A stretch of DNA of 64,000 bases from Antedon mediterranea (taxonomy: Eukaryota > Animalia > Echinodermata), in the NCBI RefSeq assembly GCF_964355755.1, contig NC_092679.1, positions 13,561,432 through 13,625,431 on the forward strand. Direction: 5' to 3'. The notes below the pieces were generated by a model that saw only the letters and a program-made list of their open reading frames with translations, had not been told where the DNA came from and searched no databases. Each line of letters begins with the position of its first letter. The first letter of the stretch is position 1. The position numbers and the translations under genes were made by a program. Below are positions 14,496 through 27,345 of this stretch, one piece after another.

Positions 14496-17400
14496 TAGTA
14501 GAGCAGTTAATGACATGAGCTGTGCATTTTATTACCAAAGCATGAAACTTGGCACAAAGTTTCTTTGATGTATATAGATTCAAAATATCAGGGGGTGCCA
14601 AGTGTCCAACGTCCGGTATGGCGGCCATCTTGATTTCAAAATGGCCACCATAAAAACAAAAAATTTTCATATCTTGGCAACTATACACATTAGAGACTTA
14701 ATTCTGGTCTCAAATTGTTCACAAACCATATATTTCTATTTGCTCTAATGAAAAGTTTCGTCCAAAAATGACCGGAAATGACGTTTCTTACAGTTTGACC
14801 TTTGACCTCGTATTTGTATATCTCTGATTTTGGTGTCATTTTGTTCAGAATAAATACATTTATATTTGTAGTAATGAAACATTTTCACATAAAATGACCG
14901 GAAATACAATTTATGACCTTTGACATTAATTTATTGATTTTTAATGTGAATATACTGTAGGTGGTTTTTGTTGGTCTAAAGTGCACCTAATTTTGAACTT
15001 TAACCTGATAGGCGTAATTATATTAAATGATTAATGGACTTAAATTGTATATAGTACATAAAATTGGTAAACATTGTGCTTGGTGGTACCATTAGTTCAA
15101 TGATGTTGGCACCTTCTGATTCGCTAAAAGTTTTAATAGTTTGACAGAGGAAATAACATACATGTTATTGAATACCGTAAAACCTCGAAAAGGTGATAGT
15201 ATGAGCTTCTTTTCGAGACAGACTGTATTTGATTGTCAAATGAATACTAGTATGATGATCGTGTTTATATCAATATATTATTAATGACCTTACAAAGAAC
15301 CCTTTCTATTTCAACAATTAAGCCACAGTTATTCTACAATTTATTGTTTTCCAAGTGGTAGGCTTATTTTGATTGCATCTTATTTTTGTATGCTTCCTCG
15401 GTTAATATGGTCCTAACCCTCCTTCTTTGTCTGTAGATGATCTTATACCCCATTCTTTGTCTGTGGATGGTCTTTACCCGCTTCTGTGTCTGTTGATGGT
15501 ATTATTACACCCCTTTCTTTATGTGTGGATGGTCTTACACCCATTTCTTTGTCTGTGGATGGTCCTACACTCCCTTCTTTGTCTGTGGATGGTCCTACAC
15601 CCCTTCTTTTTCTGTGGATGGTCCTACACCCCCTTCTTTGTCTGTGGATAGTCTTATGCATCCTTCTTTGTCTGTGGATGGTCTTACACCCCTTTCTTTG
15701 TCTGTGGACGGTCTTATACCCTTTTCTTTGTCTGTGGATGGTCTTATACCCCTTCTGTGTCTGTTGATGGTATTACACCCCTTTCTTTGTCTGTTGATGG
15801 TATTAAACCTCTTTCTTTGTGTGTGGATGGTCTTACACCCCTGTCTTTGTCTGTAGATGGTCTTATAATCCCTTCTTTGTCTGTGGGTGGTCTTACATCC
15901 CCTTCTTTGTATGTGGATGGTCCGATGGTCCTACACCTCCTTTTTTGTCTGTGGATGGTCTTATACCCCTTCTTTGTCTGTAAGTGGTCATATACCCCTT
16001 TCTTTGTCAGTGGACGGTTCTACACCCCCTTCTTTGTCTGTGGATGGTCTTACACCCCTTTCTTTTTCTGTGGACGGTCTTATACCCCCTTCTGTGCCTG
16101 TGGGTGATCTTATACCTCTTCTTTGTCTGTTGATGGTATTACACCCCTTTCTATTTGTCCGTTGATGGTATTACACCACTTTTTTTGTATGGCTGGTCTT
16201 GCACTCCTTTAATTTGTCTGTGGATGGTCTTATACCCCTTCTTTATCTGTAAGTGGTCCTATACCCCTTTCTTTGTCAGTGGTGGATGGTCTTACACCCC
16301 TTCTTTGTCTGTGGACGGTTCTACACCCCCTTCTTTGTCTGTGGATGGTCTTACACCCCTTTCTTTTTCTGTGGACGGTTTTATACCCCTTCTGTGCCTG
16401 TGGGTGATCTTATACCCCCTTCTTTGTCTGTTGATGGTATTAACACCCCTTTCTTTGTCCGTTGATGGTATTACACCCCTTTTTGTATGTGGATGGTCTT
16501 ATTTCTTTGTCTGTGGATGGTCTTATTTCTTTGTATGTGGATGGTCTTATACCCCCTTCTTTGTCTGTGGATGGTCTTATATCCCCTTCTTTGTCTGTGG
16601 ATGGTCTTCTCCCCTTCTTTGTCTGTGGATGGTCCTACACCCCCTTCTTTGTCTGTGGATGGTCCTACACCCCTTATTTGTCTGGGGATGGTCTTATACC
16701 CTCTTCTTTGTCTGTAAGTGGTCCTACGCCCCCTTCTTTGTCTGTGGATGGTCCTATACCCCTTTTTTTGTCAGTGGATGGTCTTATATCCCCTTCTTTG
16801 TCTGTGGACGATCCTACATCCCCTTCTTTGTCTGTAGATGGCCTTACACCCCTTTCTTTGTCTGTGGATGGTCCTATACCCCTTTTTTTTGTCAGTGGAT
16901 GGTCTTATATCCCCTTCTTTGTCTGTGGACGGTCCTACATCCCCTTCTTTGTCTGTAGATGGCCTTACACCCCTTTCTTTGTCTGTGGATGGTCTTATAC
17001 CTCCTTCTTTGTGTGTGGATGATCTTACACCCCCTTCTTTGTCTGTGGATGGTCTTACACCCCCTTTTTTGTCTGTGGATGGTCTTATACCCTCTTCTTT
17101 GTATGTGGATGGTCTTACAACCCCTTCTTTGTCTGTGGATGGTCTTACACCCCCTTCTTTGTCTGTGGATGGTCTTACACCCCCTTCTTTGTCTGGACCC
17201 ACTACTTTGATTGATTAAATTAGACATTGTTTCTCGTATGATTAGGAAACCAAGACCTTTAAAGTGAAAGTCCACAGGTGGATGCCTAAACAGGTCTTGT
17301 ACAGAACAGTATATTGTAGGTCCATGTCACTAATTTGAGGATTACTTGAATAATTATATTGAGATGTCTTTTACGAATTGATTTAGTTCGGATTTTGCTA

Positions 17401-18163
17401 AAAAATCAATGACTAGAGAAAATCGAGGAAAAGGATTCAGATGAAAAGTTTACAGCAAAGGCCCATTACCATAAGAATGGAGTACATTTTTTTAGATGCA
17501 ACGAAAAAACGATTGACACATCACAGTTTAGCAAACATGTCGGCATAGATGAGCTCAGTGATCTGTCATACTTTATGCCTATCCTATCACATCAAAAGTT
17601 AAAAATTCAGAATAATAATTCTGTGTCATTTATTTCGGTAAAAAAATTAGGTGCATTTATACCAATTTAACCACATACAGTATGTTCACATAATTATATA
17701 TGTCAAAGGTTATAAATTGTATTTCCAGTCATTTTATGTGAAAATATTTCATTACTACAAATATAAATGTCTTTATTCTGAACAAAATGATACCAAAATC
17801 GATTGAAAATGATCAGTAGTTACTGAGATATACAGATAAGAGGTCAAAGGTCAAACTGGAAGAAACATCATTTCCTGTCATTTTTGGACGAAACTTTTCA
17901 TTAGAGCAAATAGAAATATGTGGTTTGTGAACAATTTGAGACCAGAATCAAGTCTCTACTGTTTATAGTTGCCAAGATATGAACACTTTTTGTTTTTATG
18001 GTGGCCATTTTGAAATCAAGATGGCCGCCATACCGGACGTTGGACACTTGGCACCCCCCGATATTTTGAATCTATATACATCAAAGAAACTTTGTGGAAA
18101 GTTTCATGCTTTGGTAATAAAGTGCACAACTTGGCTATTTTTATGGCGTTAACTGCTCTACTA
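14496..18163. mobile_element. Non-autonomous Academ-type DNA transposon with ~500-bp imperfect terminal inverted repeats
   Basis: Ends TAGTAGAGCAGTTAA...TTAACTGCTCTACTA; inverted similarity 14496-~14995 vs ~17640-18163. It is absent from the empty backbone site at ~6621-6640. TAG termini are typical of Academ. The TSD is ambiguous because the site is a GA run. Confidence 0.8.
15415..17200. repeat. 30-bp minisatellite (~60 units) inside the Academ-type element
   Basis: Consensus ccccttctttgtctgtggatggtcttacac repeated in tandem. It accounts for all ORFs called between 15427 and 17275. Confidence 0.95.
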
Positions 18164-21100
18164 GAGAGAGTATATTGATCCAGTTCGTTTGGTCAAAGTT
18201 CTGCTTTTTAAATATTCCTTTTTACAAGACAACATAAGTATAAAGATTCAAGGAGATGGTGCTCAAATGGGTAGTTGTAAAATTACTTGTGGGAATTTCA
18301 TTTCTTAACCACGAAATAAAGCTGTTTGGCATATCCTATCAAAATCTAAAAGAAAATTTACCCAGTTACACTTTTCTATGATTGTGATAACCTAGAAGAA
18401 AACTTAAAAATTCCTTTTCTGGAAAGATTAGTTAAACATTTTCAATCAAATTTTACCTTTTATTTAAGTGGAGATGAAATGTTCATCCAAGGTATACTGG
18501 ATGGGTCATCTGTTTTAGGACCACTATAAACAGAGAAAGGTTGGAATATCTATAATGAATGTAGCAAAAAGTTAAAAAAAAAATGTTTTAGAAAACGGTA
18601 TCCGAACAGACTTACCATGCCTAATATTGATAGTATCCATCCAGTTTCATACTGCCATCAATTCCACTTATCTATATACTGGCATGCATTCTTCTCTGGA
18701 TTTCAATGTGTACCAAAAAACTTTTGTCATTAGAAGTTGAACATTACAAGAACCTAGTCTGACATAAGTGGGCATACCGCATTCATGTGGTGTCTCTCCT
18801 GTGTGTATTCTCAAATGATTCATGAATTATACATTTAAATTATTAAGACAGCACTCTCCCAATCGTCTCGTAGGCCTTAGACACCATCCGTACATCCAAT
18901 AAATCCTACTTTAAAAAGCCGCTATAAATATTTATCGGAATGAGAGTGAAAATGAGGATTAACTTTAAAAGAATAAACACTAGGACAAAGAGAATTTCAA
19001 GTAGAATTTATAAAAAAATATTAAGCAGAAGCTTAAATACATCTTAAGACAAGATAAAGAATTTGCAGAAGCAAAAAGACAGATGTAATTGGGTATACCG
19101 CATTCATGTGGTGTCTCCTGTTTGTATTCTCAAATGATGCATGAATTCTATATTTATAAGACAGCACTCTCCCAATCATACACAGGACACAAAGTTCAAA
19201 ATATTGCTTTCAAAATTTACCAACATATAATAGTCAAATGCTGATTGTGTTTAATTTCTTTCCACAATGTTCACATTCATAGGTTTTTCTCTTGCGTGTA
19301 TTCCTATCTATTCTCTTTAAAGTTCTTGCAACAATGTTGGCACTCTCCTAATTGCCATGACACCATTGGTACTTGGCACCCTAAATCCAGGGACTATTAT
19401 TGATCCACAACGCTAGGGTCCAATCAGAATCCAGTTGCTGGTTCCTTTAATGGTGGAAGAGGTGGAAGATGTGCAGGAATGTGGGAAATTTTAACAATGC
19501 ATGTCAATGATTCCAAATAAGGATCAAATTGATGCTGTTGACATTTGTGAACATTTAATCCAATGTGATACTCAAGACATCCAGGAAAACGTAAACAATC
19601 AATTATTATCAAAGGAATGATAAATACTTTAGATTTAAAATATACTAAAGAAGGTCCTGGAGAAATGCAATTTCATGACTGACAACAATGCTAAAATATC
19701 CAAGACAAGGTAAATATCAATTAATATTTATTATATTTAATAAGGAACGATAAATAATTTAGAATCAAAATATACTAAAGTCCTGGAGAAATATGCAATT
19801 TCATGACTGACAACAATGCTAAAAATATCCAAGACAAGGTAAATATCAATTAATATTTATTATATTTAATAAGGAACAGAAAAATACTAATGCTTATTGG
19901 TACATACTAAACACTAACTCAATCTTCGATTGGTCTAGTATTTTGAAGAAATCATTATCTCTTTTGGCAGTACCATCTAGTCACAGATTGTTTGCTGTTT
20001 TCGATATCACTAAGGTCCACACATTGAATTAGATTTACAATGATGGGGTTTGAATATCTTTAGAGAAGAGTTCAGTATAAGATCATCCAAAATTAACAAT
20101 TTCTAACAAGAAATACAGTAGCCACCCTTTTTTCTGCTTACTTTAAAAGGAAATTTAAAGTAGTAAATTATAGTTTATACACAGCACAAGTACTTTCTTA
20201 AAATGAAAGATGTGGTGTATGTATGTGGGTAGATTTCTAAACAGGGTAAACTTTAAACCACAGTAAATTACAACTTATTTCTATAGACCAATAATATCTA
20301 CAGATAATATCCACAAAAATGTGCTAATTTCTAATACACTTCATGATTAATTTCATTTATTATTTTTCAACTGTAGTTTTCATTTTTACCGATAATTAAT
20401 ATTAAGATGGCTCCAACTTTTTATTTTTTGTAATATTATATTTTATATCTATTTTGATTATTATATTATTAGATTAGATTGTTTGATTGCAGGTATCCTG
20501 TAGACATGTATATGGAAAATGATGTTGTATTACACATTCCAGAAGATCTAGACTTTGATCTAAATGTAAATTTGCCATGTCATGCAATTTATTCTGCCAA
20601 TAGTTTGGACACACATTAACTTGAGAGTTATACCAACAAGAAGCAAACATTTGAAACTAAAAGGAGAACTTAAGAAACATGTAATTGTACACCCATCTAA
20701 AGCCAATATTCCTAGGCCAGAAACCGAACCCCAAGCTGCAGAGAGTAGACACCAGCTTGGGGAAGCTCTTCCTACAAACAGGGAAACAAGAAGCAAATTG
20801 GTCTGTAGCAAAACTAAAAGGAGAACTTAAGAAACATGTAATTGTACACCCAGCTAATGCCAAAAAAAACACAGTTGTTACGCTTATTTAATGAAGTCAA
20901 TATTCCTAGGCCAGAAACCAAACCTCAAGCTGCAGATAGTAGACACCAGCTTCTGGAAGCTCTTCCTACAAAGAGACTACTGATCCACTTAGTTTCTATG
21001 TTGTCAACAACATTACAAAATCTTCAACAATATGTGGCATCATTGACACGAAAAGTGAGTTCTTTGAGCTCTCAACTACAGCCGCAGTTGGTAGTCCTTC

Positions 21101-21983
21101 AACCATCAATAATACTGCCACTAGTTCCCAAGCAACGATAAGCGAGGACGTCACACTGGAGCCATACACAATTAATTCAGCAGTCGAGGCAATAAATCAG
21201 CCTAGTACGTCGACAAATAGACGGTAATAAACAGTATGTGTTGTTTTACAGTAAGGAACGATGAATAATTTAGCGTTAAGCGTCAAGGCCCACAGTTTGG
21301 ATTATTTAGATTATTTCAATAGACAAAGTGGAAGCCTACTGCTGAAAGAGCATTACAGAGTGATTTTCTGTACATGGTTTCAAGATTTAACAACCCTCGG
21401 ATACCTGGCTGGATCGGATTTAGGTACTTATCTGCCATATATTATTTACCTGTAATTGAAGCATCGCCTATAGAGATGAGCACTGCAAAAGCTTTTATTG
21501 AATGTAGCTCAGAAATGGCTTACAAATTCCAGCTGAAGCAGATAGTGCACATATTTGGTCAAGCAATTTATGCTAAAGTCCAAGAGATGCGATGAACAAA
21601 TAAAAACATAAGTATAAAGATTTAAGGAGATGGTGCTCAAATGGGTAGTTGTAAAATTACTTGTGGGAAATTCATTTCTTAAAGAATATCACAGATACAC
21701 GACCTATATGAGTTGTTGATTTTTGAAGTACTTTTTGTGCTGAACACATATTTGATATAATTTTTTGTTTTTAACAATCGGAAATTGCCGAAAATACATA
21801 ATTTTAATATTTTTCTAAGCCCCGCCCCCGGCGATGTTCAGCGAAGCGCGTCCAAGCCCTGTGACGTCAAAGCAGTAACATAGCTTTCTTGGGATATCGC
21901 TTGCCTCCTCCTGCATCGTGCGCTATATACACACAACACAGTACTTTTTTATCAGCTATTCGCTATTTATCGTGTTGAAAGAG

Positions 21984-23119
21984 ATGGATTATATACAGCC
22001 GTATCAATTTGAGCCACTAGCAAATGAAGATGAGAGTATTGCAGAAGATGCATTAGTAATCGAAAAACAGAAGAGACTGGAAAATACGGAATGGTAAGTT
22101 TCGATTTTAAATTAAAAAGCCCAGCCTCCCCATCCCATTTAATTATTATAGGCCTAGCTAGGCTATGCTAAGCATGGATGTATTATCCGTATTAAACCTC
22201 CATGGGCTTAGGCTGCCTTACCTTTGATTAGAGCCGGGCCTAGCTAAATAGGCCCTAGTTTAGGAATAATTTGTGACTTTTTAACCCCACTTCAACAGTA
22301 CAACGAATCCAATCGGTTTTTAAATGTGTTGGAATGGTTTCCGAAATGACGACTACTACTACAGTACTACTACTAGGCCTAGCCTAGCCTTAATAAATAA
22401 TACTAGGCCTCTAGGCTAGTTAATCAAGCAACACTTTCTAGCCTATCTCTTAATTATATTATAATGGATAAAGCCATTGTACAATAAAGGGTAGTAGTAC
22501 TGTAGTAGCTGTTATCGGTCACACCTACGTAAGACAATAGAGCCAATTTATTGTTATGTTACATGGTCTCCCTTTTTAAAAAAAAAACAATACTACCATT
22601 TTTGTTAAGGTGCACATGTGGGAATTGTAAAATAATGCAGTCCTTTGAAGAGTGCCTATGTTGCACCGAGGTAGCAGATGTCATCAGCACCAGAGACCGT
22701 GATGCGGAGATTACAGGAGAATTTCAGTGCATCACCGACCACCCAGGATTTCATGCAAATTGTCTAGATGTGTGGGCTTTACAGATGGCAAGAAAAAATA
22801 CACCCAAAAAATTCTTGACTAAAGAAGCTAAATCAATGCATGAGTAAGTATTTATGACAACTGTTTTAATAATCAACAATTTTCAGCCAATTCTACAAAA
22901 TAAATGTATATAACATTATATGGTTTCTGAAATTGACTACAAATCTATATTTTTTGTTATAGAAAGTACAGGCACACAAGTTACAGGAACTTCGTGAAAT
23001 GGACACATGGATACATGGGTCGAAGCAATCGTGTAATTATCCCAGCATGTGTTGTTTCGAGAATCCGAAACACATTTTCATCCGAGCAATACACCGGTTT
23101 CAAATATCCATCTCTTTAG
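21984..23119 (+). CDS. KolX / P2X7 C-terminal ballast-like zinc-binding protein, 166 aa, 3 exons
   Basis: Exons 21984-22093, 22610-22843 and 22963-23119 have GT-AG junctions and consistent phases. Protein: MDYIQPYQFEP...WCTCGNCKIM...ECLCCTE...CITDHPGF...YRHTSYRNFVKWTHGYMGRSNRVIIPACVVSRIRNTF. A GC box, TGACGTCA (21862-21869) and a TATA-like run lie upstream. Confidence 0.85.
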
Positions 23120-23210
23120 GTTGAAAGCGTGTACGGTGAGCAGCTATTGCTTCAGTTTTGTTGGGACGGGCAAACTCGCTGCATAGTGGCGGTGGCACAT
23201 CTTCAATTTG
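23100..23210 (-). pseudogene. C-terminal tip of a Kolobok-like transposase, convergent with and overlapping the KolX gene by 20 bp
   Basis: QIEDVPPPLCSEFARPNKTEAIAAHRTRFQPKEMDI*; the P...RPxKxExxxxHxxRF ending is recalled from Kolobok transposases. Confidence 0.55.
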
Positions 23211-24929
23211 TCTAGGCCAGAAACCAAACCTCAAGCTGCAGATAGTAGACACCAGCTTCTGGAAGCTCTCCTACAAAGAGACTACTGATCGACTTAGTTT
23301 CTATGTTGTCAACAACAGTACAAAATCTTCAACAAAATGTGGCATCATTGACACGAAAAGTGAGTTCTTTGAGCTCTCAACTACAGCCAGCAGTTGGTAG
23401 TCCTTCAACCAACAATAATACTGCCACTAGTTCCCGAGCAACGATAAGCGAGGACGTCACACTGGAGCCATACACCATTAATTCAGCAGTCGAGGCAATA
23501 AATCAGCCTAGTACGTTGACAAATAGACGGTAATAAACAGTATGTGTTGTTTTACAGTAAGGAACGATGAATAATTTAGCGTTAAGCGTCAAGGCCCACA
23601 GTTTGGATTATTTAGATTATTTCAATAGACAAAGTGGAAGCCTACTGCTGAAAGAGCATTACAGAGTGATTTTCTGTACATGGTTTCAAGATTTAACAAC
23701 CCTCGGATACCTGGCTGGATCGGATTTAGGTACTTATCTGCCATATATTATTTACCTGTAATTGAAGCATCGCCTATAGAGATGAGCACTGCAAAAGCTT
23801 TTATTGAATGTAGCTCAGAAATGGCTGACAAATTCCAGCTGAAGCAGATAGTGCACATATTTGGTCAAGCAATTTATGCTAAAGTCCAAGAGATGCGATG
23901 AACAAATAAAAACATAAGTATAAAGATTCAAGGAGATGGTGCTCAAATGGGTAATTTCATTTCTTAACCACGAAATAAAGCTGTTTGGCATATCCTATCA
24001 AAATCTAAAAGAAATTTACCCAGTTACACTTTTCTATGATTGTGATAACCTAAAAGAAAACTAAGAAATTCCTTTTCTGGAAAGAAGATTCTGTTCATCC
24101 AAGGTATACTGGATGGGTCATCTGTTTTAGGACCACTATAAACAGAGAAAACTTGACCATGCCTAATATTGATAGTATCCATCCAGTTTCATACTGCCAT
24201 CAATTCCACTATCCATATACTGGCATGCATTCTTCTCTGGATTTCAATGTGTAGCGAAAAACTTTTGTCATTAGAAGTTGAGAAAATATTTTCACTTGGA
24301 AATAAATTAGCTCAAGTTGATGGCTCTTCAAATGTTGAAGACCTAATAAAAAATTTAGAGGCAAATATTAATTTGAGAGGCATAAACAATGGTAATTTTA
24401 GAATACCATTAGATAAAAATGGAAAACCAGAGCAGAAAGACGCTGCAATCACAATAATTTGCCCAAATCCCCTCACGAGAGTAGACCTATCAAGTTTATA
24501 TGTCTAGAGTTTATTAAGTTGAATAAAATTTGTAGATTTAATATTTATTATACATATTTTGCATAATGGATTCACAATTCTCAACAGTAGTGAATGGTAT
24601 AATGTTCTTAATGATCTCCTTATTGATATGTTGTTTATGTAAGGATTTGAATAGAAAAGATACAAGTATAAAGCACAGCAGTGTCAATACGTCTGGTAAT
24701 TGTAGTAGTTGAATTATGGATAGAAAATCTGAATTTAAAACAGTCATGTATGACATCTTTGACCTACATGTGCTGTCCATCTAAGAATGTAAACGACATA
24801 GGCACTATAAATTAGGAAAATGGTAATAGTAATACCAATTGTGAAATTATCAAAGATACAACTTAATTTAAAGGAATAGTTGATGATATCCTAGCATATT
24901 ATCTTATGGAACAGCGCTCGCTTCAGAGT

Positions 24930-27345
24930 TTGACAAATGTGGTCTTTGTAGTATTGAAGTGAAAGAAAACAATATTTACGTATCATGTGACTGTTGCAGT
25001 AAATGTTTCCATGTGACCAGACAAACAGTTTCCAGAGTAATTTGGATTTGTTCAATGTGTGGGAATAGTAATTTTGCTGATCATATGTTAGGTGAGATAG
25101 GAATACCTTGTCATTTCAATAGGTATATGATTTTAGAACATGATGACTGTTGTTACGGACTTCCAAAAAATAACGAAAAATGAAGATAAATGTTGTTCAA
25201 GACTAAGAAACCGAATTTAACAAAGAATAATGCCAATGTCAACTTTTTAGTAGTGGAATTATGGATAGAAAATCTGAATTTAAAACAGTCATGTATGACA
25301 TCTTGGACCTACATGTGCTGTCCATCTAAAAATGTCAACGACATAGGCACTATATATTATGAAAATGAAGGAATGGAAATGAATTTTACACTAAAGATCT
25401 CGACAAGATATTGACTCTTAGAAATGAATTGTACTATTATATTCAAAAAGATTCAACTTTGGATGATGACCCTTTGATGATTTCTGAACTGCCAAAAGAA
25501 TTGGATATTTTGGATAATACATTTGTAATATCTCCCAAAGAATCAGTGTTTGGCATAATAGATAGGAATCTCAAATTGATTGCTGAATACGGAGGTTTTC
25601 CATTAAACCAAAGACATCAATTATTATTTCTTACATTTAAAGGAAAGATGAATATTTTAAATTCAAAATATTGCTGAAAGTTTTTCAGAAATATGTAATC
25701 ATCTGTAGCAGAGGAATGCAGAGGAATATTGAAATAAGGAAAAAATGAATACTTTAGATTCAAAATATACTTTAAAATATGTCCTGAAGAAATATGCAAA
25801 TTCCTATTTCAAAAGAATGCTGAAAATATCCAGGGAAACAATTAATATTTCTTATATTAAATAAGGAAATATAAATATTTCAGATTCAAAATATTGTTTC
25901 TGAAATTTGTAAACATATATTATAAACACAATTGCCCATTGTGTTAATTTTTTTCCACAATGTTCACATTCATAAGGTTTCTCTCCATGTTTATTTTTCA
26001 TTGCAGATTACATCAATTGTTATAGGATTTGAAAACAGAGTTCACTAATTTGAATAAATTTGTAGATTTATTTATTATACACATTTTGCATAATGGATAC
26101 ACAATTCATAACAGTAGCGAATGGTATATTGTTCTTAATGATCTTACTAATGTTATTTATGTAAGGATTTGAATAGAAAAGATACAAGTAAAAAGCACAA
26201 TAAAAAATCGTAATGCCAATTGTGAATTTATCAAAGATAAACCTGCATTTAAAGGAATAGTTGATGATATCAAGCATATTATCTTTATTACAGTGCTGGC
26301 TTTAGACAATATTTACGTAAAATCTGACTGTTGCAGTAAATATTTCCATGTGCCCTATGTAAAGACACATTTTCTAAGACAAACTCTGATTCCAGAGTAA
26401 TTTGGATTTGTTCAATGTGTGGGAATAGTAATTTTGCTGATCATATGTTAGGTGACCCTTTGATGATTTCTGAACTGCCAAAAGAATTGGATATTTTGGA
26501 TAATACATTTGTAATATCTCCCAAAGAATCAGTGCCCTATGTAAAGACACATTTTCTAAGACAAACTCTGATTCCAGAGTAATTTGGATTTGTTCAATGT
26601 GTGGGAATAGTAATTTTGCTGATCATATGTTAGGTGAGATAGGTATACCTTGTCATTTCAATAGGTATATGATTTTAGAACATGATGACTGTGTTACTGA
26701 CTTCCAAAAAAATAACGAAAAATGAAGATAAATGTTGTAAGACCAACAAACCGAATTTAACAAAGAATAATGCCTAATGTCAACTTTTTAGTAGTGGAAT
26801 TATGGATAGAAAATCTGAATTTAAAACAGTCATGTATGACATCTTGGACCTACATGTGCTGTCCATCTAAGAATGTCAACAACATAGGCACTATAAAGTA
26901 GGAAAATGGTAATACCAATTGTGAATTTATCAAAGATACAACTTAATTTAAATGAAAAAATGATGAAAAAGAAGGAATGGAAATGAATTTTACACTAAAA
27001 AGATCTCGACAAGATATTGACTCTTAGAAATGAATTGTACTATTATATTCAAAAAGATTCAACTTTCGATGAGGACCTTTTGATGATTTCTGAACTGCCA
27101 AAAGAATTGGATATTTTGGATAATACATTTGTAATATCTCCCAAAGAATCAGTGTTTGGCATAATAAATGGGAATTTCAAATTGATTGCTGAATACGGAG
27201 GTTTGTCATTAAACCAAGCTCTTGAACAAGAATGCCATTATCATGATGCTTGGTTTATGAATTTCAACAGAAGCACATTTTTATTATTAAACGTTAAAAT
27301 GGTTTTCTTATTTTGATCGACATGCTAGAGATCGTGTCGGTAGTG
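24930..27345 (+). pseudogene. Duplicated, decayed PHD-finger and peptidase C76 (herpes tegument deubiquitinase)-like remnants, plausibly Helitron/Helentron-derived
   Basis: VSCDCCSKCFH...WICSMC (24980-25062); DLDKILTLRNELY...LMISELP...LSLNQAL...FDRHARDRVG (27000-27341, partial copy 25395-25610). This fits the DxILxxGxxLY / ELP / FDSHxR pattern. Confidence 0.45.

Larger units (their letters stand above)
21683..23211. mobile_element. Truncated Kolobok DNA transposon (one end plus KolX gene and transposase C-terminus)
   Basis: Inserted at backbone TTAA (21679-21682; empty site ttcatttcttaaccacg at ~6759-6774) and starts with AG. It carries two convergent, overlapping ORFs. The other end is lost at the junction with a duplicated backbone block. 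Confidence 0.75.

Noticed and set aside
15427-17275. Many overlapping ORFs of 70-267 aa
   Set aside because: Artefacts of the 30-bp minisatellite, which is largely stop-free in several frames; indels break the phase repeatedly.
24169-24507. 112-aa ORF in the backbone
   Set aside because: Non-ATG start, broken in the sister copies near 7050 and 18625, and no recognisable domain.
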